64,000 nt of DNA from an uncultured Desulfosarcina sp. (GTDB taxonomy: Bacteria; Desulfobacterota; Desulfobacteria; Desulfobacterales; Desulfosarcinaceae): positions 2,752,001-2,816,000 of the forward strand of contig CAXXWQ010000004.1 of NCBI GenBank assembly GCA_963674945.2, in the 5' to 3' direction. The notes under the pieces are model-generated. The model searched no databases, was not told where the DNA came from, and saw nothing but the letters and a program-made list of their open reading frames with translations. A program made the position numbers and the translations under genes. Shown in pieces: positions 31,404 through 41,815 of this stretch. The first letter of the stretch is position 1, and each line of letters starts with the position of its first letter.

Positions 31404-31882
31404 TCGATTGCTGCAGCCAAGGCCGCACGCAGATTCTTCAGGTCATCCTCGTTGGGATGTCCCACGGCCCTGGGTGCGTCATCCAGCCATACGGGTGGCT
31501 GAGGCTTGGCCTTGACTTTTTCCAGCACCTTTGGATTGACTTCTCCGAAACAGCTGAAGGTGCCCGCCACGTTGGCCCCCTGGGCCAGGGATTGGGCGTG
31601 GGCCATGGCGTTCTTGGCATGTTCGGAGTCCGGGTCGGCCCCATGGGTGGCAAAGAGAAAAAGTTTCTTGTGGCTTTTCAACCGCTCCAGATAACCGGAT
31701 GACTTTGGATCCGGTTTTCCTCCCTGAAGCCAAAAACCGAGGGCAACGAAGTCGTATTCCGCTGGATCCGGGGCTTCGTCGACAATGCAGATGCGTGTAT
31801 CGCCGGAGAGGTTCTCGCCAAGGGCCTCGGCCAGCTTTTTTGTGTTTCCCGTTTGACTGGCGTAAACGATGAGGGATTTCAT
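31385..31882 (-). CDS. Flavodoxin family protein
   Basis: YASQTGNTKKLA FMN-binding loop, LGFW, FATHGA, GHPNEDD. Confidence 0.9.
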   Translation of the reverse strand: MKSLIVYASQTGNTKKLAEALGENLSGDTRICIVDEAPDPAEYDFVALGFWLQGGKPDPKSSGYLERLKSHKKLFLFATHGADPDSEHAKNAMAHAQSLAQGANVAGTFSCFGEVNPKVLEKVKAKPQPPVWLDDAPRAVGHPNEDDLKNLRAALAAAIEVSIQK

Positions 31883-31919
31883 GATGATGCTCCTTTCTTT
31901 GCTTGAAGAAGAGTAGATA

Positions 31920-32282
31920 CTATAGGACAGTAAAGGGGCTCTCCGTCTCCTCACCGGCGAGTACTTTTTTAATGGCTTCTTCGAGACCGTTTTTGGACAC
32001 CATGCCGGTGACGGAGTGAACCGCTTTTCCGTTTTTAAAGATTTTCAGCGTGGGAATCGATTTAATGCCGAGGCGACCGGCCACGGCCTGACTGTCATCC
32101 ACATTGCATTTGGCGAATATCATTTCATCGCCATAGGTTTCTGCCAGTGATTCGAATAACGGCCCCATTGCCTTGCATGGACCACACCAGGGAGCCCAGA
32201 AATCCACGATGATGGGCCGCTCTTGCCCGAGAACCGTTTGCTCGAAATCATTGTCTTGAATCTCGACAACCTTTTTAGACAT
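31920..32282 (-). CDS. trxA: Thioredoxin
   Basis: DFWAPWCGPCK and SIPTL; the start overlaps the upstream stop. Confidence 0.92.
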   Translation of the reverse strand: MSKKVVEIQDNDFEQTVLGQERPIIVDFWAPWCGPCKAMGPLFESLAETYGDEMIFAKCNVDDSQAVAGRLGIKSIPTLKIFKNGKAVHSVTGMVSKNGLEEAIKKVLAGEETESPFTVL

Positions 32283-35200
32283 TGGAACACTCCTTTTCGA
32301 TTTCATGAATCAACCATGGGATTTTCATCCCTTCCGCCTTGTGCAGCGCCCGAATGAGAAGCTGCTTTGCCCGCTTCGGATTGGTTTGGCGCAGTATCCG
32401 GGCACGCAACACCAACACGAGGGTTTCGTGTTTGGCGGCACCGGTCTTGACGGCGATTTCATGGGCACCGTCCAGATGGCGCAACGCCTCCCGCTTTTTT
32501 CCCCGCGCAAGAAAAAGGCGTGACAAGGCAAGCCGCGTCCGAGTCTTGATTCGCCAGATCGCATAAACATCCCGCAGGTATCGGACTTCTCGCCAGATTT
32601 GTTGGATCTCTTCCTCGGCCTGGTCGATATCGCCCATTTGAAGAAGGTTTTCCGCGATATTGAGCCGTGCATTGTAAATGGTTTCCGGATCGTTGCCCAC
32701 GAGTGCCTCGGACAATGCTTGCCGGTTTACGGACAGGGCCGCCGCCGGATTTTTTTCCAAAGCCAAAATCCATCCCAATGTGTTTCGCATACGCGGAAGC
32801 CAGAAGGTCTCTTCTGCAGGTTCCAGCCTCTCGATGCAAGGATCAAGGAAGGCTCTGGCCCGCTTGAATTCTCCCAGGGAAACGGATAGCAGGCCCTGGT
32901 GGAACGTCAGAAACGACTCGAAATAGCGGCTTTTCAAGTGCCGGTTCAGTTTTTCCAATGACGAGCACCGTTCCATGGCACGTATAAATTCGCCCGTCCA
33001 GTAGTCGTGCTTGATCAACGCACCGAGCGTCCAGACCCTCGTCTCCATATCCAACGTTTCATCAAGCAGCGCCATCGCTTCGTCAAGAAGCGCTCTTCCC
33101 GTCTTGAACTTTCCCAGAACCAGGTGAAGATAGCCGAGAAAACTCGTGGCCTTCAATTTGATCTGGTGCTGCCCGATCCGTTTCGCCCGGTCCCTTGCCG
33201 CCGTCAGATTTTTCAATGCCAGTTTCGGTTTGTGCAAAAAGAAGCTGATCCATCCCACCCGAAACAGGCCCTCGGATATCATCTGGTTGTTCCGGGACTT
33301 TTGGGCCAGGGCCAACATGGTCTGAAACGAATCCAGGGCGGCGGTGAAGTGTCCGCAGCAGTATTGCATGAGTCCTTTCCATTTGAGCACCGTCATTTGC
33401 ACGACCCGATGGTTTTGGGGATGATACGTTTCCAGAATCTTTGTCACACGTTCGAAGCAGGTGAGTGCCGTCCGGCAGGCAAAAATACGACGGGCACGAT
33501 GGCCGGCCTCTATGTTATACGCCAATGCCTTAAACCAATGGTCGGCCATGAAATAGTGGTATGCCAGAAGCCCGACCACCTTTTCCTTGTCCGTTTCATG
33601 CCGTTTCTCCAGGGCATCGGCAACGCGCAAATGGATGGATTTTCTGGTCTTCGTAAGCATCATTTCATAGGCAACGTCACGCATCAGCTGCTGCCTGAAA
33701 CGAAATGCGGGTTCGTCACCTTCGTCAAGACGGTCGATCATTCCCGACGTTTCGAGCCTTTCGAGCCGCCCGGTGAGGTCGCGGCCGGAATCTGTGACCA
33801 TACGCAACAGCCCAACCGAAAATGAAGTTCCGATCACCGAAGCAACCAACAGGACCTGTTTATCGTCTTCGGCCAACCCGTCCAGTTGCGCGGCCAAAAT
33901 CCCATAGATACCGGCGGGAAGATTCAATCGGTCATAGGCCGTTTTCAACATGGCACGATTCCGGTCCATGACCACATGATGGCCGTTCGTAAGGGTCTCG
34001 GCGAGAGAAAGGATATAGAGCGGATTTCCCGCGGCACGATCGATAACGAGGCGTTTCAACAGCGGATCGATCCGCTTTGCCCCCAATTTTGCCGTGAACA
34101 ATGCGATGGCGCTTTGTTCGGAAAGTGGTCCCAGGTCGATGCGATGATCGAAACGACATCCATTGGCGCGCATCTCGGCTTCTCGCCCCGTGCAGAGAAA
34201 AAGAAGGGGAAAGGCACTTTTTTGCTCGGTCAGCGACAGGATCCATTCGGCGGAAAACGAATCGATCCACTGGCTGTTGTGGATGGCCACGATGGTTGGG
34301 TGAATAACGGCTACGTCCCCGATCAGCCGTTCCAACTTCTCGAAAAACAATTTTTTTCTCCCATCCAGCAAAGTATCCACATGCGTTTTTGTACTGCTGA
34401 TTCGTTTGAATTCAGCCTGAAGTTCCGCCACCCGGGAAACAATGGGTTCGCGTTGTGATCCGTTGGCCGGTTTTTCTTTGGACTTGGCGGGCAGGGCATC
34501 CGCAAGCCGGTCCAGGAGAAGTTCAAACACAGTGTTATTTCCGAAGGGATGGCAGTGGCAGGAGAGAAGCAAACGGTCAGGTGCGTCCAATGTGGAAAAA
34601 AAGTGGTTCAACAGTCTTCGCTTTCCAATACCCGCAAGTCCCGTCATGGAGACAAAAAGCGGGCCTTGGGCGTTTGCCTGTTTCCATGCCGATTGCAGTT
34701 GGCTCAGTGCATCTTCCCGGCCCAGAAGGTCCGTCGATGCCTGCGAAGGTCCACGGGAACTTGTTTTATCGGAAAGCAGCGAAAAAATAGGTTGTGGCTC
34801 CGATATGCCCTTGAGCCGACGGGCTCCCATGCTCTCAAATTCGAACAGGTGGCCGACGGATTCTGCCACGGAAGCGGAAACATGGATGGAACCCGGCGGT
34901 GCCGATGCCTGAAGCCGGGCCGCAAGATTCGTCGTGTCGCCGATGGCGGTATAATCCAGGCGCAGGTTGTCGCCGATGGCGCCCACAACCACCTGTCCCG
35001 CGTTGATCCCCATTCGCATCCTGAAATCGATGCCATAGGCCTTTGTGGCCTGTTGGTGATACAACGCCAGGCGGTGCTGGATCGATAGCGCCGCATAGCA
35101 CGCCCTTGCGACATAGGCCTCCAAGGCGATGGGGGCGCCGAACAGCGCCATTACACCATCGCCGGTATACTGGTTGATGGTTCCTCCCGTTCCGTGGATC

Positions 35201-35541
35201 TCCTCACCGAGAATTGTGAAACACCCCTCCATCAATTGATGAAGGCTCTCAGGGTCGATTTTTCCTGCAATCTTTGAAAAACCGGCCACATCGGCAAAGA
35301 GGACGGCGACCTGCTTGTTCTCACCGATCATGGCATGGCGCGATTGCAGAACTTCATCCAAAAGAAATTTGGGCGTGTAGGTCATGGCACTGCCGCCCGT
35401 ATCGGCTAACGGGTCGTTCGGTGTCCACTCCCTGTCTCCGGTCTTTTGCTGCTGTTGAGAAAGCGGATGCCCGCATTTTCCACAGAAATTCATCTCATAT
35501 GCATTTTCGAAATCGCAACTTGGGCATCTTTTGGTGTGCAC
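32275..35541 (-). CDS. Zinc-ribbon + class III nucleotide cyclase + STAND-type AAA + TPR protein
   Basis: CPSC..CGKC, FADVAGFS, GDG, DYTAIGDTTNLAARLQ, GLAGIGK, AAGNPLY, C-terminal TPRs. Confidence 0.9.
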   Translation of the reverse strand: MHTKRCPSCDFENAYEMNFCGKCGHPLSQQQQKTGDREWTPNDPLADTGGSAMTYTPKFLLDEVLQSRHAMIGENKQVAVLFADVAGFSKIAGKIDPESLHQLMEGCFTILGEEIHGTGGTINQYTGDGVMALFGAPIALEAYVARACYAALSIQHRLALYHQQATKAYGIDFRMRMGINAGQVVVGAIGDNLRLDYTAIGDTTNLAARLQASAPPGSIHVSASVAESVGHLFEFESMGARRLKGISEPQPIFSLLSDKTSSRGPSQASTDLLGREDALSQLQSAWKQANAQGPLFVSMTGLAGIGKRRLLNHFFSTLDAPDRLLLSCHCHPFGNNTVFELLLDRLADALPAKSKEKPANGSQREPIVSRVAELQAEFKRISSTKTHVDTLLDGRKKLFFEKLERLIGDVAVIHPTIVAIHNSQWIDSFSAEWILSLTEQKSAFPLLFLCTGREAEMRANGCRFDHRIDLGPLSEQSAIALFTAKLGAKRIDPLLKRLVIDRAAGNPLYILSLAETLTNGHHVVMDRNRAMLKTAYDRLNLPAGIYGILAAQLDGLAEDDKQVLLVASVIGTSFSVGLLRMVTDSGRDLTGRLERLETSGMIDRLDEGDEPAFRFRQQLMRDVAYEMMLTKTRKSIHLRVADALEKRHETDKEKVVGLLAYHYFMADHWFKALAYNIEAGHRARRIFACRTALTCFERVTKILETYHPQNHRVVQMTVLKWKGLMQYCCGHFTAALDSFQTMLALAQKSRNNQMISEGLFRVGWISFFLHKPKLALKNLTAARDRAKRIGQHQIKLKATSFLGYLHLVLGKFKTGRALLDEAMALLDETLDMETRVWTLGALIKHDYWTGEFIRAMERCSSLEKLNRHLKSRYFESFLTFHQGLLSVSLGEFKRARAFLDPCIERLEPAEETFWLPRMRNTLGWILALEKNPAAALSVNRQALSEALVGNDPETIYNARLNIAENLLQMGDIDQAEEEIQQIWREVRYLRDVYAIWRIKTRTRLALSRLFLARGKKREALRHLDGAHEIAVKTGAAKHETLVLVLRARILRQTNPKRAKQLLIRALHKAEGMKIPWLIHEIEKECSNV

Positions 35542-35545
35542 GATA

Positions 35546-37630
35546 TTATGCCTTTTTTTCCAACACGCTGGGGAATAAATCCAGGTTGGTGTGTGGCAGA
35601 AAAAGCGCCGAAGTAAAAGCATCCATATAGCTCGACTTGCTGGAAAAGTCCACATACGTCATGTTGTTGCAAATTTCTCTGGCTTCTTTGCGATGAGCGT
35701 TGGAGAGCAAGGCCATATAGGCGCCAGCGATGGAACTGTTACCCATGTAGCAAAATTTTTCTCGATCGATATCGGGCAGAAGGCCGATGGTCACCGCCTT
35801 TTCGATGTCGAGATATTGTCCGAAGCCGCCGGTGATGATGATACGATCCACCATGGAAAAATCCATGCCTGCCTCGTCGAGAAGAGTGGAGAAGCCGGCA
35901 TATACCGCACCCTTGCTGTAGATAAGATTTTTCAAATCCGATTGGGTGAAAACGACATCTTCTTCCATGGGTGTCTGATCTGCAAAAGCAAGGACGTAAG
36001 AAGGATCATCAGTATCCTCTCGAACCCGTTCGTTGTTCAATCCCTGAACAAACCGACCACTTTGGTCCACGATGTCGGTTCGTAAGAGTTCTGCGATTAA
36101 ATCGATCATTCCCGATCCGCAGATTCCACGAATGGGTGCATCGTTCACCGTGGAAAATTCCGGCGTCAATCGTTGGGGGTCGATTCTCACCTTTTCGATA
36201 GCCCCTTCCTCTGCACGCATCCCCCATCGAATACCCCCACCTTCGAATGCCGGACCGGCACTGCAGGCAGCGGTCATCATCCAATCCCGGTTACCCAGAA
36301 CGATCTCACCGTTGGTGCCGATATCGATGAACAAAGTGACATGTTCCTCCCGATGGAGACCGGTATAAAGGATGCCGGAAACGATATCCCCCCCCACATA
36401 GCTGGCGGGTCCGGGCATGATGAACACTGCGGCTATGGGGTTGGCCTTCAGTCCGATATCTCCCGCCTTTACAATGGGAAATTCGGAAATGGTTGGTATA
36501 TATGGGGTTCTACGGATATGGCGAGGCTCGATGGAGAGCAGTAAGTGGACCATGGTGGTATTGCCGGAAATCACGATATTGCCGATGGCCGATGCCTTCA
36601 TGCCGACACTGTCCAATGCTTCGCCGATGAGTCCATTGATTGTGGCAAGTGCCATGCGACTGAGTTTCTTGACGCCGTCTTTTTCTGCACAGACGATCCT
36701 GTTGATGACATCGTCTCCGCAATCCGCCTGGCGATTGTGGCCGGCTGTGGCGGCCACAACGGTGCCGTCGGCCAGGTCTACCAGGTAGACCACGATGGTT
36801 GTGGTTCCCACATCGATGGCCAGTCCCAAAGAGAGTTGGGTACCGTTGCCAGGCTGGACAAAGAGAATTTCGTTGGCGCATTTGCGGCGAATGATCGTGG
36901 CGGTGACGTTCCAATCGTCTTGACGAACGGCCTGTGCCAGCTGGCGCAAGACCTTGATCCCAACGTTCATTCGCGCCACGTCGCATCCCTCTTTTTTCAG
37001 ACTGCGGTGGAGACGGTCCAGGTCACTCACCGAATCCTCTAGAGAGGGTGGAGAAAGGGTCAGCGGGACCTCCTTGAGCATGGGATCGATCTGTGTGACC
37101 AGTCCTTTTACCTTTTCTGTGACGGCCTGTCCCATCCCGGCGATTTTGAGTTTTTTCGCCAGTGCATCCTCGGGGATTCGAACCGTGACATCACCGGTGA
37201 TTTGGCTCTGGCACGCGAGCACGAACCCTTTCTCCTTTTCTTTATCTGACAACAAGGGTGTGGGACTCGTCTGCACGGTACCGGTATCCACGACCAGCTT
37301 ACACTTGCCGCATGATCCGTTGCCGTTGCAGGAAGCATTGAGGTGGACACCGGCGGCTCGGGCCGCATCCAGCAAGGTGGTGCCCGAAGCCATGGAAACG
37401 GTCTGTCCATCCGGTAAAAAGGTTACATCGTGGGATGTGACCGCCGCCTTTTTGTCCTCGGCATCCCACCTCTCCCGTCGTTTGCTCATGAACCAAATAG
37501 GGCAGGCGGAACGGTGCTTGCAATAGATGTTGGGATCTTTGCACGCAAGGCATTCATCGCACAGGTAAATCTGGTGTTTCATGCACAGATACGGGGTTTC
37601 ACGGTCCGGGTGATTGATGCACCTTCCCAT
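35546..37630 (-). CDS. ASKHA-type ATPase with 2Fe-2S domain (RACo/DUF4445, corrinoid reductive activator family)
   Basis: CNGNGSCGKC...LACQ, DVGTT, GNTTM, YVGGD, DIGTNGE, SAGPAFEG, GICGSG. Confidence 0.92.
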   Translation of the reverse strand: MGRCINHPDRETPYLCMKHQIYLCDECLACKDPNIYCKHRSACPIWFMSKRRERWDAEDKKAAVTSHDVTFLPDGQTVSMASGTTLLDAARAAGVHLNASCNGNGSCGKCKLVVDTGTVQTSPTPLLSDKEKEKGFVLACQSQITGDVTVRIPEDALAKKLKIAGMGQAVTEKVKGLVTQIDPMLKEVPLTLSPPSLEDSVSDLDRLHRSLKKEGCDVARMNVGIKVLRQLAQAVRQDDWNVTATIIRRKCANEILFVQPGNGTQLSLGLAIDVGTTTIVVYLVDLADGTVVAATAGHNRQADCGDDVINRIVCAEKDGVKKLSRMALATINGLIGEALDSVGMKASAIGNIVISGNTTMVHLLLSIEPRHIRRTPYIPTISEFPIVKAGDIGLKANPIAAVFIMPGPASYVGGDIVSGILYTGLHREEHVTLFIDIGTNGEIVLGNRDWMMTAACSAGPAFEGGGIRWGMRAEEGAIEKVRIDPQRLTPEFSTVNDAPIRGICGSGMIDLIAELLRTDIVDQSGRFVQGLNNERVREDTDDPSYVLAFADQTPMEEDVVFTQSDLKNLIYSKGAVYAGFSTLLDEAGMDFSMVDRIIITGGFGQYLDIEKAVTIGLLPDIDREKFCYMGNSSIAGAYMALLSNAHRKEAREICNNMTYVDFSSKSSYMDAFTSALFLPHTNLDLFPSVLEKKA

Positions 37631-37666
37631 TTTTGGCCTCTCCTTTCATTTGAGAACAAAGAGACT

Positions 37667-37681
37667 TCAAAGGATATGCCA
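37667..37681 (-). promoter_or_regulatory. Putative sigma54 -24/-12 promoter
   Basis: TGGCATATCCTTTGA about 36 bp upstream of the ASKHA start codon. Confidence 0.6.
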
Positions 37682-37776
37682 TCTTGCAACAAAGTAAAAA
37701 TAATAAGTAGATGCAGTATGTTGAAAGAAAATCGATGAAATTTCTATGAACGAATGGGAGTCGGATTCCAAGGACA

Positions 37777-37818
37777 AGGAGCGCTACCAACGTTACTTAT
37801 AACGTTGGTAGCGCTCCT
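37777..37818. promoter_or_regulatory. Perfect 19-bp inverted repeat (activator site or terminator)
   Basis: AGGAGCGCTACCAACGTTA-ctta-TAACGTTGGTAGCGCTCCT. Confidence 0.6.
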
Positions 37819-37933
37819 GATTTTGTTGTGGCGTCGAAAAGAGGATATGGACGCTGAGAAAATGTTGTTGGCAAGACCAGAGGGAGGAAGCTGTATGATA
37901 CGATAACGCACTTCAAAAACACGTTCTCAAAAT

Positions 37934-39277
37934 TTATAGCTTCTTCATCAACTGATTTGCCGCCGTTAGCAGCGGGTCCCATACCGGGCCAAATGGGGGT
38001 GCATAAGCCAGATCGGTCTGGGAAAACGCCGAGACCGTCATCCTGGCGTGCAGGGCGACGGCCGCGGCATTGATGCGATGGGCCACGCCTTCCCGTCCCA
38101 CCATTTGGGCCCCCAGAAGTCGACCGCTGGATTTGTCCCCCACCAGATGAACCCAGATCGTCTCGGATCCGGGGTGGGCGTGGGCCCGGGATCGGCTTTG
38201 AATGGTGACCGAAGCCGTGTCGAATCCGTGGGCGTCGGCCTGGTCGATGGTAAGTCCGGTGCGGGCCACCTGGAGGTCGAAGACCTTGAAGACGGCGGTT
38301 CCTGCGACACCCTCGAGCCGGGTGGGAATTTCGCAAACATTGTCCGCGGCGGCCCACCCGGCCCGATTGGCCCGCAAGGCCAATGGAATCCAGGTTGTTT
38401 TTCCGGTGACCACGTGAAACGCATCGGCACAATCACCCGCCGCATAAACGAACGCCTCCGAGGTCTTGAGGTTTCGATCGACGGCAATGCTGTTGCCGTC
38501 ACCGGTTTCGATGCCGGCGTCGACGGCCAGCTCGCTGTTGGGGACGATGCCCATGGCAACCAGGACCATATCCGTAGAGATTGTGCCTTTGTCACAGACC
38601 GCGTGTAATCTGCCTTCATCGGATTCGATGGCTGAGGTGTGTTGCCCCAGGTGGAGCCGCACGCCGCCGGCATCCAAGGTATCGAAGACCGCCTGGGCAA
38701 GCTCCCGGGGCATCCATGGCAATAGATCCGGGCCGGGTTTGACCATGTCGACATGGATATCCCTTTTCCGGAGGGCTTCGGCCATCTCCAATCCGATATA
38801 TCCCATGCCGATGATAACGGCCCGTTTCACACCGTGGCGTCCGATGAAATCCTTGATTCGCCGGCCATCGGCCAGGCTCTTCAATACCAATACGCCGGGA
38901 AGATCGAATCCGGGTCGATCCGGGACGATGGGTCGCCCCCCGGTGGCGATCAGCAGCCGATCATAATGCGAGGCAAAGACCTCGCCATTTTCCAATCGCG
39001 TTCCGGATACCGTCCGGCTCTTCGTATCGATGGACTCCACCCGGGCACCGGTTACAAGATCGATTCCCTGTTTTTTTCGAAACACCTCGGCGGATCTTAC
39101 CACCAGATCGTCGATTTTCCGGTCGCCATCGGCGATGTTGTATGGCATGCCGCAGGCGCTGTAGGAAACGTCCTGCGTCTTCTCGAAGACCACGACCTCC
39201 ATGTCGGGCTTTGTCCGTTTGGCGCGGCTCGCCGCACTCATGCCGGCGGCATCTGCCCCGATGATGACGAATCTCAT
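37934..39277 (-). CDS. CoA-disulfide reductase / NADH oxidase family flavoprotein
   Basis: GADAAG, SYSACGMPY single redox Cys, GMGYIG, YAAGD, DLAYAPPF. Confidence 0.92.
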   Translation of the reverse strand: MRFVIIGADAAGMSAASRAKRTKPDMEVVVFEKTQDVSYSACGMPYNIADGDRKIDDLVVRSAEVFRKKQGIDLVTGARVESIDTKSRTVSGTRLENGEVFASHYDRLLIATGGRPIVPDRPGFDLPGVLVLKSLADGRRIKDFIGRHGVKRAVIIGMGYIGLEMAEALRKRDIHVDMVKPGPDLLPWMPRELAQAVFDTLDAGGVRLHLGQHTSAIESDEGRLHAVCDKGTISTDMVLVAMGIVPNSELAVDAGIETGDGNSIAVDRNLKTSEAFVYAAGDCADAFHVVTGKTTWIPLALRANRAGWAAADNVCEIPTRLEGVAGTAVFKVFDLQVARTGLTIDQADAHGFDTASVTIQSRSRAHAHPGSETIWVHLVGDKSSGRLLGAQMVGREGVAHRINAAAVALHARMTVSAFSQTDLAYAPPFGPVWDPLLTAANQLMKKL

Positions 39278-39609
39278 TGTGCTTACCCCGGTAGTTGTTT
39301 TAGCGTTTTGGTCTTTTTATTGAAAACAACCTCAATTGCTAAAGGCTGATCGCTTATCTTGGGAACACAATACGCAAGAGCAAGCTGCCGGTCAAGGCAA
39401 CCGAGCCTCGACCGTGAAGAATAATTTTCATTTGACCCCATGTAACGCAAGCGGTAAAGTAACGGAAGGTAACGGTAACGATGGTTCATCTAAAGAGTCT
39501 ATTCTGTTTGGTCTTTCCAAACGAGTTTATTATAGTGTTCAAGCTATAGAAGGCCCGACTTGTCCAATATCCGGTTGATTTAAAAAATGTAACGTAAGCG
39601 GCGAGAACA

Positions 39610-41016
39610 TTGGAAGAAAAAATTCACGAAATCTGGAATGTCCGTTTCATCAACCGCATCATCGATTCCATGGCAGATGGGGTGTTTACCATGGATGAAA
39701 AGGGAAGGATCTCGTCCTGGAATCCATCCATGGAGCGTATCAGCGGCTACAGCGCAAAGGAGGCGCTTGGCAAAACCTGTCAACTGCTTCAGTGCAGCGA
39801 GTGTTTCGGAAAAAAGTGCCCTGCCAGCATCGAAAAATGCCGTATCGTCGAAAAGGAGACATCGGAAGCCAAGGCCTGCAAGGTCCGGCACAAGGATGGG
39901 CACGACGTCCCCGTGATTAAAAATGCCAGCGTCGTGAAGGATGATGATGGCACGGTCATCGGCATTGTCGAGACGGTGACCGATATGACGGAACTGAGTC
40001 GAGCCCGCAAACAGGCACAGGAAGCAGTGCTTCGGTTGGGTGAGATCCACCGTATGAACAACATCATCGGAAAGAGCCGCTCCATGCAACAGGTGTTCTC
40101 CGCCATTCGGGCCGCCGCGGCCAGCGAGGCCACCATACTGGTTCAGGGAGAGAGCGGAACGGGCAAGGAACTGGTCGCCGGGGCCATCCATTTCAACGGT
40201 GATCGCCGCAAAGGACCATTGATTACGGTCAACTGCAGCGCCTTGTCCGAAAGTCTTCTGGAGAGCGAATTGTTCGGCCATGTGACAGGGGCGTTTACCG
40301 GTGCCAACCGGGATCGCAAGGGGCGTTTTGAGGAGGCTTCCGGCGGTACCATTTTCCTTGACGAAATCGGCGAGTTGAGCCCGTTCATCCAGGTCAAGTT
40401 GTTACGGGTCCTGCAGGAGAGGGAAGTGGAGCGGGTGGGGGATTCCCGCAAACGCAAGATCGATATTCGTATCATCGCGGCCACCCACAAGGACCTGTAT
40501 GCCCGGGTAAGGGAAGGGCTTTTCAGGGAAGATCTCTACTACCGCCTGAAGGTTTTTCCCATCCATATTCCGCCGCTGCGTTCCCGGCGGGAAGACATCC
40601 CGCTGCTGGCCGACCATTTCATTAAAAAGATGAACCCCAAGACGGGAAAGGAAATCACGGGACTCTCGCCGGACGCCCTGCGTATCTTCATGGACTACAC
40701 CTGGCCGGGAAACGTCCGTGAACTGGAAAATGCCATCGAGCACGCCTTCGTTTTATGTAACGGTCGAACCATCGACGTTTCCGACCTTCCCATTGAAATT
40801 CGCCGGCCGGATCACTTCGTCTTTCCCCATGGCGGCAACCAACCAACCGTCTTTCCGGCAAGAAAACGAAGAAAACTATCAAAGGAGACTCTTTACGCCT
40901 TGTTGGAGGAGTGCGATTGGAACAAGGCAGAGGTGGGGCGTAGGGTGGGCCTCAGCCGGACGGCGATCTGGAAATACATGAAAAAGTGGAATATCCCCCT
41001 TCAACGAGAATCGTGA
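39610..41016 (+). CDS. Sigma54-dependent activator with Cys-rich PAS domain (OrpR-like)
   Basis: GESGTGKE, GAFTGA, WPGNVREL, C-terminal HTH; the PAS domain carries KTCQLLQCSECFGKKC...KC. Confidence 0.92.
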   Translation: MEEKIHEIWNVRFINRIIDSMADGVFTMDEKGRISSWNPSMERISGYSAKEALGKTCQLLQCSECFGKKCPASIEKCRIVEKETSEAKACKVRHKDGHDVPVIKNASVVKDDDGTVIGIVETVTDMTELSRARKQAQEAVLRLGEIHRMNNIIGKSRSMQQVFSAIRAAAASEATILVQGESGTGKELVAGAIHFNGDRRKGPLITVNCSALSESLLESELFGHVTGAFTGANRDRKGRFEEASGGTIFLDEIGELSPFIQVKLLRVLQEREVERVGDSRKRKIDIRIIAATHKDLYARVREGLFREDLYYRLKVFPIHIPPLRSRREDIPLLADHFIKKMNPKTGKEITGLSPDALRIFMDYTWPGNVRELENAIEHAFVLCNGRTIDVSDLPIEIRRPDHFVFPHGGNQPTVFPARKRRKLSKETLYALLEECDWNKAEVGRRVGLSRTAIWKYMKKWNIPLQRES

Positions 41017-41138
41017 TACTCGATGTTGCACATACTCAGAAGATGAAAACAAGATACAGATCGTGTCACATCGTTGGGGTACCGGGTGGGCGGTGAAAAG
41101 AAAAACAGACCCGCCAGGCCGGTACCCCGTGTTGGTTG

Positions 41139-41489
41139 TTATTCGGAATCATCCTGAGCCAGCTCGGCAATTCTTTTTTCGATTGCCGACAGTGAACGCT
41201 TCATGGATTCGGCATCGGCCTGAAGCCGCTGCATTTCATCGGCTGTGCTCTCCGGATACCCCATCGGGTAAGACGACGGATAGGGAGCACCGCCATAGGC
41301 CGGATAGAATCCGCGTCCCCGGCCAGGCCCCATGCCGCGTCTGCGCCCCATGCCTCTGCCGTAACCGCCACCGTAACCCTGTCCGTAACCCGGTCGGATC
41401 CCCGGCATCGATGCACCAGTACAGAGACCTCTTCGGCCACCCGTCATGGGGCCGGCTCCCATTGGACCACTTCCATCAAATCCTGGCAT
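41139..41489 (-). CDS. DUF5320-family Gly/Arg-rich protein
   Basis: MPGFDGSGPMGAGPMTGGRRGLC followed by a C-terminal coiled coil. Confidence 0.85.
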   Translation of the reverse strand: MPGFDGSGPMGAGPMTGGRRGLCTGASMPGIRPGYGQGYGGGYGRGMGRRRGMGPGRGRGFYPAYGGAPYPSSYPMGYPESTADEMQRLQADAESMKRSLSAIEKRIAELAQDDSE

Positions 41490-41519
41490 GATAACACCTC
41501 TCTTTAATAACTTTTGATA

Positions 41520-41735
41520 TTATGGGTTTTGTCTGCGAGAACGGCCTTGGCCGCCACCTTGTCCCTGGCCGGATTTCCGGCCGCCACCTTGCCCTTGGCC
41601 GCGACCACCGCGTCCCTGGCCTTGACCGGATCCCCGGCCGCCACCCTTTCCGCCTTGGCCGCAGGGACCTCGGCCCTTTCCGGTACCTGGGCCTTGTCCT
41701 GTGGGCCCGGTTTTATCTCCTCGTGGCATATGCAC
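41520..41735 (-). CDS. Short DUF5320-like Gly-rich protein
   Basis: MPRGDKTGPTGQGPGTGKGRGPCG; GGAGGTGAGG RBS. Confidence 0.7.
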   Translation of the reverse strand: MHMPRGDKTGPTGQGPGTGKGRGPCGQGGKGGGRGSGQGQGRGGRGQGQGGGRKSGQGQGGGQGRSRRQNP

Positions 41736-41815
41736 CTCACCTCCCTTCTATGCGCCTGTTTGAAAACACTGGATCAGGCTCCAAGCGGTCATTGAAATCT
41801 TGAATTGACTTGGTT

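Noticed and set aside
41520..41700. GC-rich tandem-like repeats
   Set aside because: Explained by Gly-Gln-Gly/Gly-Arg-Gly coding in the small DUF5320-like protein.
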